Origin: Laetmonice hystrix | Lineage: Eukaryota | Reading direction: 5' to 3' | Assembly (NCBI GenBank): GCA_965235115.1 | Contig: OZ249442.1 | Span: 14,818,001-14,882,000 of the forward strand | Length of the DNA stretch: 64,000 nt | In this document: positions 13,901 through 33,217 of the stretch, one piece after another | How the letters are laid out: each line of letters starts with the position of its first letter | Position numbering within the stretch: the stretch's first letter is position 1 | Program-made: the position numbers and the translations under genes | The notes under the pieces: model-generated | The model's database searches: none | Told to the model about the DNA's origin: nothing | Seen by the model: the letters and a program-made list of their open reading frames with translations, nothing else

Positions 13901-14702
13901 TAGGATAAAATCATAGTTAGTGAATTCATAACCAACACTATGTCTAAGAAATTAAGCTGCCAGCTATATTGTGCTGGAAGCAATATTCTGCTGAAACACA
14001 TCGCCATACATACAATTTTTTTGCAAAATAATATGCCTAAGATGGAATTTTGGCACAATTGTATTTAAAAAAAATAAAAACAATTTTTTTTTATGGGATG
14101 ACATACATGTATATAGTTTTGTCTTTTCACAGTACACTGTTGAGTCAGGAAGCTGTGATTTCGGTGAAGGGTGTTCCATTGACCTCATACATGGAGGGCC
14201 TCATAGAGGGAACATGTTCAGGAAATGCACAAAATGTAAGTGTTTGTCTACAGAAATCTTGGACTGCTATTATTAAGTCCAGGAACCTAGTCCCTGTTCA
14301 GGTAAGGGTTAATGACATGATAACTGAGTTTTTACAGCACATTTGTGTACATCTGATATATGTGCAAACTTTGACCAGTCTTTCCGTCGCTTATCACTAA
14401 AGACATTAAAAAGGAATAATAAAAAAAAACCCAAAGAAGTGTTAGCACTTCTCAGTCTCTGGCTTCCTGGAGTGAATTTGTCATTTGTTTGTTGTTTATT
14501 TAAGAATTGAAGGCCTTGAGATATGTGTCACATGCTTTGATTGGGGCTTATGATCTTGCAGGGTCGACAGGCTCTTGAATGGGTCATCCACTCCATCAAG
14601 AATGAAGCGAAGAGCATGAGCAAAGACTTCCAGCGTGTCAGCCATGCTGCTGCCACTCAAGTAGAGGACCTGATGCAGAACAACAAGAGTCCAGTTTCCT
14701 GA
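10921..14702 (+). CDS. PRELID3B: PRELI-domain protein 3 / slowmo homologue (mitochondrial intermembrane-space lipid transfer), 200 aa
   Basis: Exons 10921-10952, 11475-11643, 13400-13486, 13829-13899, 14133-14235, 14562-14702 total 603 nt; [32 protein letters not shown]...HSHRL...[10 protein letters not shown]...GRQALEWVI matches the recalled PRELID3/SLMO sequence. Confidence 0.96.
11716..13181. mobile_element. About 1.47-kb non-autonomous DNA transposon in PRELID3B intron 2
   Basis: Perfect 20-bp inverted repeat CAGTACTCAGGGATGAAAGT at both ends; no intact ORF inside. Confidence 0.7.
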
Positions 14703-15960
14703 TGTTGCCAAATCTCTAAGCATATACATTTGTATAAAGATAACTTTAATGGTCTAGATAATTATTGATTTTCATTGAATTAGGGAATGAATGAGATAAA
14801 GATGTCATTTTTATCCAGAGCTTTTTATTCTGAGTTTGAAGTATCTGTGATGCTATGTCAAGAGAAGAGTGTTGGGTAATTGTATATTCAATCTAATGGG
14901 GTTAAATTAGGAGGTTGATGCATTTATCTGTCAAAACCGTTAAAATCGGTCAAAGGTTAATTTTTAGAGCTTTCAGTTTTGTATTCAATTGAACAAGTTC
15001 AAAGTTTTCTTTATTAACTTATTACAGTAATAGTAGGAACCATATGATTTGCCAGCAATATTGTACCGGCTTTTTATTACCACAGAGCTACTGTTAATAT
15101 GTTATTTCTTGGGAGAAGGCCGCTGTTTGAAACTAAGTTATGTGAAAATTCTCAGATTATGATACTGCGTCCTGAGGCTTTAAAGCCAAAATCAATAATC
15201 TCCAATTTTAGACCATTAATTTATCTCAAACAGCCTGTGTGCTGAATCAAGAGGCACAGAAAAGATTTATAAGCCATATGACATATTGAGCTATTTTCAT
15301 TTTCATATCGATACCTTTTTCCATTATGTACATGTATATCATGGTGATCTGAATTTGCTGTATGATACATCAAATGTAATATACCAGTCATCTGGTTTGC
15401 ATATCTCATTGCTGGGACACTGAAGGTCTTTCATAGTTGGAGAGGTAATGAGAGGGACCAGTGACAAGACTCCTCAGAGTCACTGACATGTGGCTGTGCC
15501 TAAACTTCCTTCAATCACTGTGTCGCAATATGTCACTATGTTCAATTATTATGATACAAATCTCCCTGGCACATCCATCCCACTTCTGGCACCATGTCAT
15601 AGTTGAACCAGACGCGATTGTACGACATCGTGATTGTACATCCAATGAATAATATCACGGCCCTGTCTTACTAACATCAATCCTCGGCAACATCCCAACC
15701 AAAACACCAGATTGGGGATATCGCTAGTTTTAGGTGTCTCGTTAAATATATGGCTGTAAGATTGTCGCTGGCATGACCTCAGATCAGGGATGTCAAGTTG
15801 GGTAGGAATAATCTTAGTGTGATGGAGTCACAATTTATTGCAATATGAATCATGAACCTGTTGCACCCTTTCAAAAAGTGTCAACGTCAGGAAATGTTTA
15901 TCTAGAGCGACACAGAAGGCTGTCATTTGTTAAGATGTACTAATAAATACATCATGTATA

Positions 15961-17040
15961 TGTCACGGACGAGATTGGAATCTGGCCCGATTCCGAACTG
16001 GGCCGGCCCAGATCGGAATTCCGATCCAGGCCGGCCCAAAATGGGATTCCGATCTCGGCCGGCCCAGTTCGGAAGCGGGCCGGCCGAGATTGGAATTCTA
16101 TTCCAGGCCGGCCTAAAATGGAATTCCAATCTCGGCCGGCCCAGTTCGGAATCGGGCCGGCCGAGATTGGAATTCCATTTTAGGCCGGCCTGGAATGGAA
16201 TCGACATAGGATTCCATTCTGGGCTGGCCCAGATCAGAATTCTGATTCTGGCCAATAGATTGGAATTCTGATCTGGGCAGGCCCATGAACAACACCAGTT
16301 TTCAGACTCACACCAGCTTACTGCGCTTTCAAGGGGGCTTCAAAGGGAACCCTACACTTTCGGCTGTTTAGAGCCTGGGAACTTAGATATAGTAAACATA
16401 CATTTTGGTAGGTATGAAGGAATCCAGAGGTATAGGTCATATAATTCCGAATATTAGGCCTATCACAGTCCTAAACTGGTTTCACTATACCTTTAACTTC
16501 TAAAAGTGTATTTTTAAACTAAAACTCTGCCGAGATCAGAAAAACGTCCATTCTTTCGCTCGAGGATTCCTATGTGATTAAAGTGGATATACTGACTTTA
16601 TAATTCCAGATGGATTCTGCCAGATGGATTCTGATCTGGGCCAGCAGGTATCCAATCTGGGCCTGCCCAGATCAGAATTCCAATCTGGGCCAGGTCTTTA
16701 GAGGATTCCCATCTTGGCCGGCCAGAATCAGAATTCTGATCTGGGCCGGCCCAGAATGGAATCCTATGTCGATTCCATTCCAGGCCGGCCTAGAATGGAA
16801 TTCCAATCTCGGCCGGCCCGATTCCGAACTGGGCCGGCCCAGTTGGGAATCCCATTCTAGGCCGGGCTGGAATAGAATTCCAATCTCGGCCGGCCCGATT
16901 CCGAACTGGGCCGGCCGAGATCGGAATCCCATTCTGGGCCGGCCGAGATCGGAATCCCATTCTGGGCCGGCCCAGATTGGAATTCCGATCTGGGCCGGCC
17001 CAGTTCGGAATCGGGCCGGATTCCAATCTCGTCCGTGACA
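15961..17040. mobile_element. 1080-bp foldback element with TGT...ACA termini and TATA TSD (Ginger-like, non-autonomous)
   Basis: Termini TGTCACGGACGAGATTGGAATC / GATTCCAATCTCGTCCGTGACA; TATA at 15957-15960 and 17041-17044; arms about 330 and 435 bp made of GGCCGGCC/GGAATTCC-rich modules; AT-rich spacer of about 320 bp. Confidence 0.85.
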
Positions 17041-18366
17041 TATATATGCTGTTGATACCTGTATTTAAAGGCATCGGTTATGTAGGTACCCAGCAGAGAT
17101 TTGCTTTAAAACTGCAACTTGCAAACATTGCAATCATTTGTGATATTGCTGTGACAACTAAACTGGAAGTAACATGTCATGTGATTTCTAGGGTCCTTAA
17201 TTAGTTACATAACTTGCTGTTTAGATATTATGGAGTAACATCAGACTTTGAAAGCATTTGTAAGTTAAAATATGTATCAGCAAATTCTGGCAATACAATG
17301 CTTGTGTAATGTTTAAGAATTTTATTTGTGAAGTTGTGTGAACAGGTTCATCATGGAAGTGCCTGTTCTGGTCTAGCTCAAGCTGCTGTTTGTGAACATT
17401 GGCAACGAACAAACAGAAAGGCACACCACTCTGGTATGCTATACGGGTAGATGAAGTAAATACCAGTAATAGCTGCTACCCTTTGATGGAGCATTTGTGT
17501 ACATAGACATACCATAATTTAGACAAATATAATTTATGCATGGTAGCTGTAATATAATGATGCACCAAGATGGTTATGATTATCAAAATACATGTAATAT
17601 ACTATTTCGATGCACAAGAAGATTTTTTCTACCTTTGACATGTGTCCCAAGCTTAGTATTAAGTGTGTATTCAGTTGAAACAATTGTATTAAACCTCATT
17701 AGGAACAAATATTTCAAGTAAGGATATAAAAGGCTTCATTTACAGGTGCTGCATAAACGTAGATTCGTACATGAAAGAAAAAGAGAAGCTGGGCAAATGG
17801 CAGGCCATTCAGGCTCTATAAATCTTTTGTTAATTTCATGTTTATGCCAAATCCTGTATGTATATATATGAAAGCCAAAAGCGTTGCATACTAATTAAAA
17901 AAAAGCATAATGGTGGCAAGTATGTACTGCTCAATATGCATGTGATATGTCAGCAGATTTGGTGAGGTTGCCAATTCTAACCTAAGGAGGTCTGGGGGTA
18001 TGCCCCAGGAAAGTTAATTAACTCTGTGTTTTTGCAATTAACTGTTTTTCAATGTCATTAATCTGAGTGGCACGAGGTCGAGGAAGCTGAGAAATAATTG
18101 ACCCCAGCTAATGTTTCATGCGTCTGTCTGTAAAGGAAATAAAAGCAGCTTTTGTTCATGAATTATTAGTCTTCCTTTGTCTGTGTGTGTCATTGGTGTT
18201 GCCTCACAAATGACACAACTGTTTTCAAGAATTAGGCCAATAGTAAAACCGAATATAGCTAGGCCTATATTGAGATTGTACAGCCACTGGTGAAGCGGAT
18301 GTTGGGTGTCCTGAAGGTCTGGCACATGCGCATAACAGATCTCAACCTGTGTGACCATGTGATCGA

Positions 18367-18467
18367 TGACGTCAAGTTTAGGAAGTAAACTTCGCCATCT
18401 TGGATTGCTGCTCGCAGCGGGTGTAGGATTGAGGGTTCAAGGAATTTATTCAAGAAGACCTAATGAA
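18367..18467 (+). promoter_or_regulatory. VPS4 core promoter / 5' UTR motifs
   Basis: CRE TGACGTCA 18367-18374, ETS-like AGGAAGT at 18380, YY1-type CGCCATCTT 18393-18401, directly upstream of coding exon 1. Confidence 0.55.
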
Positions 18468-26538
<8,071 letters not shown>

Positions 26539-26857
26539 GCAGCCAGGTTGAGTCAAGAACTGCTAAGTGTTTGAAGAGTCTGGCTCATGTCATGATCACG
26601 CCATTGCAGCAAGACAGCTTGAGAGATGTCAACTACAGGGGACTTTGGGATCTCTCTGCTGTGGGGGAATTTTTACTGGAAGAACATTTGTACAGATTGA
26701 CACATGTACAGTATGGTACATACACAAGGCAAAACATCCAAACACACACAGACACGCATACATTACAGACACACAAATTTCCCTGTTAAAGACCACTGAG
26801 TGAGCAACAGCTGTTTCTCCAGGCCCAGGACCTCCTTCCAATGTCTGTTTAAAACTG

Positions 26858-26863
26858 AATAAA
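26858..26863 (+). terminator. Probable VPS4 polyadenylation signal
   Basis: AATAAA about 320 nt after the VPS4 stop codon. Confidence 0.45.
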
Positions 26864-27656
26864 CATCATGTCGTAGAGGAAACGGTGTACAACGCGGACG
26901 TTGCTATATTCACATCAGCATAGTTTGATGATATCTTTCAGTCTGCACAGTCAGTGCTTGTGATACTTGAAGCGGCAGATATATTTTTTTCTATTCTTTA
27001 CGTAATATTATTAGTGCAGGGCCCATGCTACTCTGTCGCCAAAGGCAAATTGTTTGATTTTTTTAAAGCTAGCTAGGGCCCTGTTACTGTTAGTAGATAT
27101 TGCATGTCCAAGGGAAGGCTCGAATCCTTCATACCATAATAAGCTGGAGAGTTTATTTAGGACATAAGGTACAAAAGCTTAACCAATGGATCCAATATCT
27201 ATCTTAGCACATTGTTGGATATATAAAGTTTAGATTGGGCCCTGGTAAAAGTTACATTATTGATGCAATTATTCATGCAATATGTAACTTTGAGCAGTGC
27301 CAGCGTGCGCTAAAATTAGAACCTTTTCTTATTAGCTTTACTGCAAGTGTCGCGACCCTACCCACCAGTCAGTGTTTTACAATATGTGTCACTGGAAGTT
27401 AAAAGTTTAATAGATCTTCTAGCGGAGTAATTTGGCTGTTAAATGACATTATTTATTCAATTTCAAGGGTTTTATTATGATGTATGGGGGGAAGATGGTT
27501 TGAATGTGGTCTCACATTTGATTCCTTCCAATAATCTAACCCAGTAAATTGGCATGCTGAGATTGAGCAACCATCAGAACTATGTAGAATGCATATCAAA
27601 TGATTTTTGCTTTTCAAATATTGTTCTGATAAGATTAGAGTCTGCAGGAGAAGATT

Positions 27657-27754
27657 CAAAATTGTTAGAAAATCTGTACCGGATAGTATCAGAACTGTCA
27701 CCTCAACAAGATACCAAAATTGTTAGAAAATCTGTACTGCATAGTATCAGAACT
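27657..27754 (+). repeat. Local tandem duplication, 40-bp unit, period 58
   Basis: CAAAATTGTTAGAAAATCTGTAC(C/T)G(G/C)ATAGTATCAGAACT at 27657-27696 and 27715-27754. Confidence 0.85.
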
Positions 27755-30072
27755 CGCCTCTTCAGGCCGTTCAGGGTGCAGTGCAGTGCAAACACGCAGT
27801 GAAATTCGAAAATTCTCAAGGTGATATTTAGTATTGTTGTGTTGTTTTGTTATATACAATTATTTTAGTACTGGGATACCAGGATTAAGAGGTAATTGTC
27901 ATCATCTGTTTTTAAATAAGAACACTAGCTTCCATAGAATGCTTCATGTTATTAGAAACTTGGTAACCAGTTGGTAGTTACCCCAGGTGATCATTCAGGG
28001 GGGACGGATTGCAAAATACTGAGGTTTAGTTATCTAATGTGGAATTACCGGTATGTCACCAGATACTCAGAAATAAATATTTTACATGCGTTAAAATTGG
28101 AAATATTGGGATAACTGTTTGATTTAACCATGTACTAATCTGAAAGAAATGTGAACTCTAAATAATGCAATTTAAAAATGTTTATTTATCGGAGCTAACT
28201 AGTAAATGGGCACTCCTTACTGTAGCTTCCATGAAATGCTAAGTACAATGCGAATTGGACAAAAAGCTACAAACTAAGCTTCTTTGTCCTACTGTATAGT
28301 GTATGTATGTGTTGTATTAGGTTTATGTTCTTTTCCGAAATTTTATGGAACAAATTTTGGTTGGTGTTATACAAGAATTCATGTAGTTACCACACAGGAA
28401 TTCCCTCCTGATTTCTTCTAAAGACATCTTCAACGCTTTCTTTTAAAAATAATGTTTCCACAACGTATTCTGAATACAGATTGCCCAGGAAAATATGTCA
28501 AGAACTGGGGGAGCATGTTGGGGCAGGTGAAATTGGGTAATTATGTACCGGTACATTGCAGTAACTTACCAAACCTAGCAAGAAGAAGCATACTCTTGTT
28601 AAAACAAAGTCTCTCTCATATGAACTAGTGTATGTAGAAAAAATGTGATGACGGTTCAGATCCATCAAAATATAGTTGCGTCGCCAAAGTATCTGATAAG
28701 ACCCATAATTTCAGTGAACTTTTGTATGTAACAGTCGAGATATGAGGAATGAAACCAGTTGTAAATGAACTGGGAGTGTTGACTTCATCACTAGTTTTCT
28801 AAGAGGTTCTGATTGCGAGAAAAGATCAGGTTCTGACACCCACCTGAGTCTACAACTCGGTTGAACTCGGAAGAATTGTAGAATTTTACAGATCTATCAT
28901 GTCACATGAAAGCGGGGTAATTATACAGGTCGACTCGGTCATCCGTAAAAAAAATGTGCTTGAATTTCATTGTTTTGTGTATGTACATGTATGTATATAT
29001 ATGCAGGCCAGACTCCGTAAAACTGATAGTCCTCTTAATATTCATGATAAGCGTGACTCTCAGTAGATGTTATCCGTAGAAGAAAACCTTCTCTACCAGT
29101 ACCAGTGGTAGAGGCCTTAAGTAATGTATTGTCTGGAAGAAGTTGTGTGCAAGACGGTTTTAAGTCGAGAACATTGAAGTTGAAGATAATGAGATCGACC
29201 TCTCTGTCCAGTTAGTCGAGCATTATAATGCTACGATTTCAAGTAGATCCCAGAACTTCAGATAGGCCTAATTTTCAATTGTTGAAAGGATAAATTTGGA
29301 AGATGGTGTGTCAGCGTAAGGACGGAATATTAGTTACCAGAACTGGCTTTTTCCTCGGCTGAGACGAATAAAGATCGTAATATTACCTGTACAGTCGATA
29401 ACATTGCCCGAAATCAGGATGTTCAATTATAGAGGGTTGGTCTGTGTGTGTTTAATGGACTGGTCAGAGAAGAAGTTGGTTGGCCCAGGTCTTGCTTGGA
29501 CCAAGTTGTCAAACAGCGGCCTCCACCTTGGCCGAAGGCTACCCCCGAGACATTGTCTAATTGACGGATCGTTTGGCAGTTTGGCTCCTGTTGTTAATCG
29601 CTATGGAGTACTTGTATAACATGCCACTGCAGTGGACGACATTGTAAATAAAATATCTCAATTTAGGTAAGAAAGATTCGTTTTTATTCAATTGTTGATC
29701 GCCAGGATGCCCCTGGGGGTGAAACGCCCCCACCCAACCGGCTACGTACCAGCTTATAACGTTAGAATACATATAACGACCAGCAGAGACCCCTATGAGC
29801 GTTGTTGGGAATGAGAGCCGGGTAGAATTCTACCTGTAGATTTGTAGATCAATATTAGGCCTAGTGTATGCATTATAGGGCAGGGTCAGTGTCCTCAAAA
29901 CCACATCGGCCATTTGCGTACACACGGGGTGGAGGTAGGTTGGGTTGCTATACTTTCACCCTTTCTGCTGGCTCCATGCTACTGTATCATGGACGCAGCG
30001 AAAACCAGATCTAGATCAAAAATAGTATATATCGCGAGCTATCCCTGAACCCGTTGGCACCAGGCATTGGCC

Positions 30073-30650
30073 TTATTATCCCATCCCCTACGGAGGGGAT
30101 GGGATTTAGAAATTGTGTGGTTTCGTCTTCCGTATTATTATTTTTGGCGATGTAGTAGTTGTAGTAGTAAACAGTAGTACGTCTATCTCAGTCATTTTTC
30201 AAGATATCTCAACCAAATTTGGTACACATCTTGACCATGACAGGGTCTGGTAGGACAACGAGTTATGACGTGATGGGACGTCACGTCATGACGTCATGAC
30301 GTGAAAGGTGGTTTTGCACGTTTAGGCCATTTTCTATGCGCATATTAGGAATTTCCAAAAACCTTCATGCCATTGTAATCGGGCAAGGGTGCTGGCTCAC
30401 TCTGACACTTTATTTCACCTTTGACCTTTGACCTTGGGGATAACTGGGCCCTTGGTCACAAATCGGTTAAATCGCTACTCCTTCTTCATTTTGTGGTAAA
30501 ATTTGTCAATATTCGGCAGATACACTCTCTAACGAAAGATCCAGAAGATGATCGTCGGGGTTTAGCGATTTGACCTATTTTCGCCGAACCACGTGACTTT
30601 GAATTTGTCACTTTTGACATTTTTTTCTAAAACTGCTTTAGTCATATAGG
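30073..30650. mobile_element. Helentron-associated (HINE/DINE-1-like) non-autonomous element; right end approximate
   Basis: Terminal GC-rich hairpin ATCCCATCCCC-TACGGA-GGGGATGGGAT (30078-30105) after TT, followed by TAT/TAG microsatellite and TTTGACC repeats. Confidence 0.55.
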
Positions 30651-31085
30651 AATAATGTATTTAGTCACTAGATATGTGCTGCTATTGACGATTGATCACT
30701 TTGCATATTTCTTTTTATAAATTTACCAATATTTTTTTATTTATGATGAAATAATGTAATCTGACGTTGACAGGCTCTACCTTAAACCTGTTTAAGATAG
30801 CCATATACAAATACAAGAATTACAAAGTGTATAGATTCAGGTATACCACTGACTGTTTAGTTCTTGTTTTGGAAAGGTAATATGGCCAGAATTGTAAGTT
30901 TTAATGGGTATAGTCATCAAAATAATATTCTTAGGTTCTGACAGTTGGCATCTCTGAATACACAAACCACCCGCTGGGTAGCCAGGGCCAGGGTCGGCAG
31001 AGGGTTACGTAAGTGCTGGTGATAAGGGCCCGCCGGCCGGTCTGTCCCCCTCCCTCCCAGTGAGGGAGGAATATGATTGTGTATT

Positions 31086-31285
31086 CAGGTTCTATCCCCC
31101 ATGATAACTTTCCACGAAATGTTTGGGCAGGGGTTAGGGTTAATGTCAGGGATAGGGATAGGGTAGGGATATGTTTTGGGGAGGTGTAGGGACTGGGGTT
31201 AGGGGTTAGGGATAAGGTCAGGGCCATGGATCTTTACTTTCCACCAAATTTCGTGGAGGTTAAGTTATCATGGGCGATATACCTG
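31086..31285. mobile_element. 200-bp MITE with internal telomere-like G-rich repeats
   Basis: Imperfect TIRs of about 40 bp (CAGGT..ATC.CCCATGATAACT...TCCACGAAAT); TATT at 31082-31085 and 31286-31289; internal GGGTTA/GGGATA repeats. Confidence 0.75.
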
Positions 31286-33217
31286 TATTCAGAACTGACT
31301 TAGCTGTGCCTTAGAACTGTAGGTGTAACTGCCTAATGCATTTGTTTTTAAATCTTATGTAGGAGAGCTGAATAATTGTTGGTTGTGGAGTTCAAGTGAC
31401 ACGACAAGCTTTTGGTCAGCTGCACTTGGTTTAGCCTGAGCCAACAGTCTGGTGTGGATGGCATTCGCACCTATTGGTAAAGTTTCATGATGTATGACTA
31501 CGTGTTGGCTAAATGGCGAGAGATAGAAGTGAAGGAACGGTGTGCACAGTAGACAGGTATGCAGTCGTCCTGGCGAGCTGGCTGGGGCAAAAACGTGAAC
31601 GAGGGGAAGAGCACCAAGAGAGAGAGAGAGAGAGAGACTAGGGGAGAAGGAGGAGAGAGAGCGCCGACCGGCGCCGCCGGGCGTGGGCACATCCCTCTAT
31701 ATCCCCACTCTTTTTTTTTTGAAGAATTGACAAAAAATTATTGTTTGGCTAGCCCCGGGTCCAGGATTTTCAGCAGAGGGGTCACGGGAAGTCTTTAAAA
31801 ATTAAAAGCGCTTACAAGAGATTTCCCGCCTTTTAGGGGCCATTTTAGGGCATTATATTTTATGGATTCATCACCCAACCAGTTCAAAATAGCCGGAATG
31901 CTTTGCTCTATACATGCTCTTTCATTTGAGACCAAGATTTATTACGTAGTATGACATGTCTCCTCATAATTGGAATCTTCTAAAGCTTATAAGTCATTAA
32001 CTGTGCAAGGTCGAGCCATAGTTTACCCTACTCAAAACATGTCATATGTCACGTGACTCCCCGGGGATGGGATCAATTGTGGTATCGCCACAACGTGTCT
32101 AGTTATAGGTATAGGCCTATGTACGGAGGAAACAGCTTCTGGGGCGCGAGACCGTCGATCTGTTTGACTTTATAAAAAAAAAAACTCCGTCTACCCAGGG
32201 ATCTTCCCCATCGGTTGTTATACCGGCAGATTTTTTTTTTTTTTGGGGGGGGGGGGGGAGTAGATCTACACTTTTAAGGGGTCCGGGGGGATGCCGGAAA
32301 ATTTACCTGAAGTGAAGGCACTTGATTTTGGACTGGGGGAGGGGGCGCGGGTGGTTACAGAGCTGTTTCAGCTGTTCTTCCACTAGCCGTGCAACAGTCT
32401 CGCCTATTGGTTGCAGACTCCACGGACCACCCCCCCCCCCCGCCCCCCGCGCATGCCCCCCCCCCCCCCGCCTCCTTGCAGCGCGCTTATATGCCCCCTT
32501 TCTCACTTTTGCGTACCATTGGCCCAATATTGGCCATTGGCGCGGTCCAAAGAAATCCTTGTGTACATGACCTGATTTCTAGTTGGAGCGTGTCCCCGAT
32601 ATTATAAGCTTCAGCCAGCTGAGGCGAGGGTTTCGTCGACAACATAAATATTAACCCAGGCCTATATCTTGCTTGGAGTTGGAAATCTTATAATAGCCTA
32701 TAGCCTAATAGGGCCTACAAATATAGGCCTATACTATAGCCGGCCTCCAGTCCAGACAAGACAGTAAGTGTTATGGGTCATCCTCGTCAGCCCCAGCCGT
32801 GATGTTCACTGAAGGCCTACTATAGCCTACGGCGTACGCACTGGGCAGGTGTGTGTGTGTGGGAGGGGGGGGGGGGGGCAACCCGGGACTACTAGGCACA
32901 GGTGAGAGCTCTATAATCATAGCCACGCAGACACCCCCCCCCCCCCTCCTTTTTTCAGACTGTTCCTGATAAAAAATTGACGTCACCAGAGGTAGAAATA
33001 GGCGATACGCGCCCCCTCTTCCTGCACGTACATAGGGGCCTATATAGGCCTACGTCAGGGGTAGAATTTGCTAAGGGGGGGGGGGGGGATTAGCATTGTC
33101 AATTCAGAATGTTCTATAGGGGTTTTATATCCATGAATGCGGTTTTACTCATTCAAATCCAGGAGACGTATATAGCCTATATCTTTACCTTTCCTTTTGC
33201 AGGCTCCTCCGACCAAG

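Noticed and set aside
15923-17074. Several overlapping 60-142 aa ORFs on both strands
   Set aside because: Artefacts of the GC-rich modular inverted repeats; low-complexity translations with no domain.
32220-33090. Long poly-G/poly-C/poly-T runs and the Pro/Gly-rich ORFs they create
   Set aside because: Homopolymer tracts from decayed repeats; lengths may be unreliable and no coding signal is evident.
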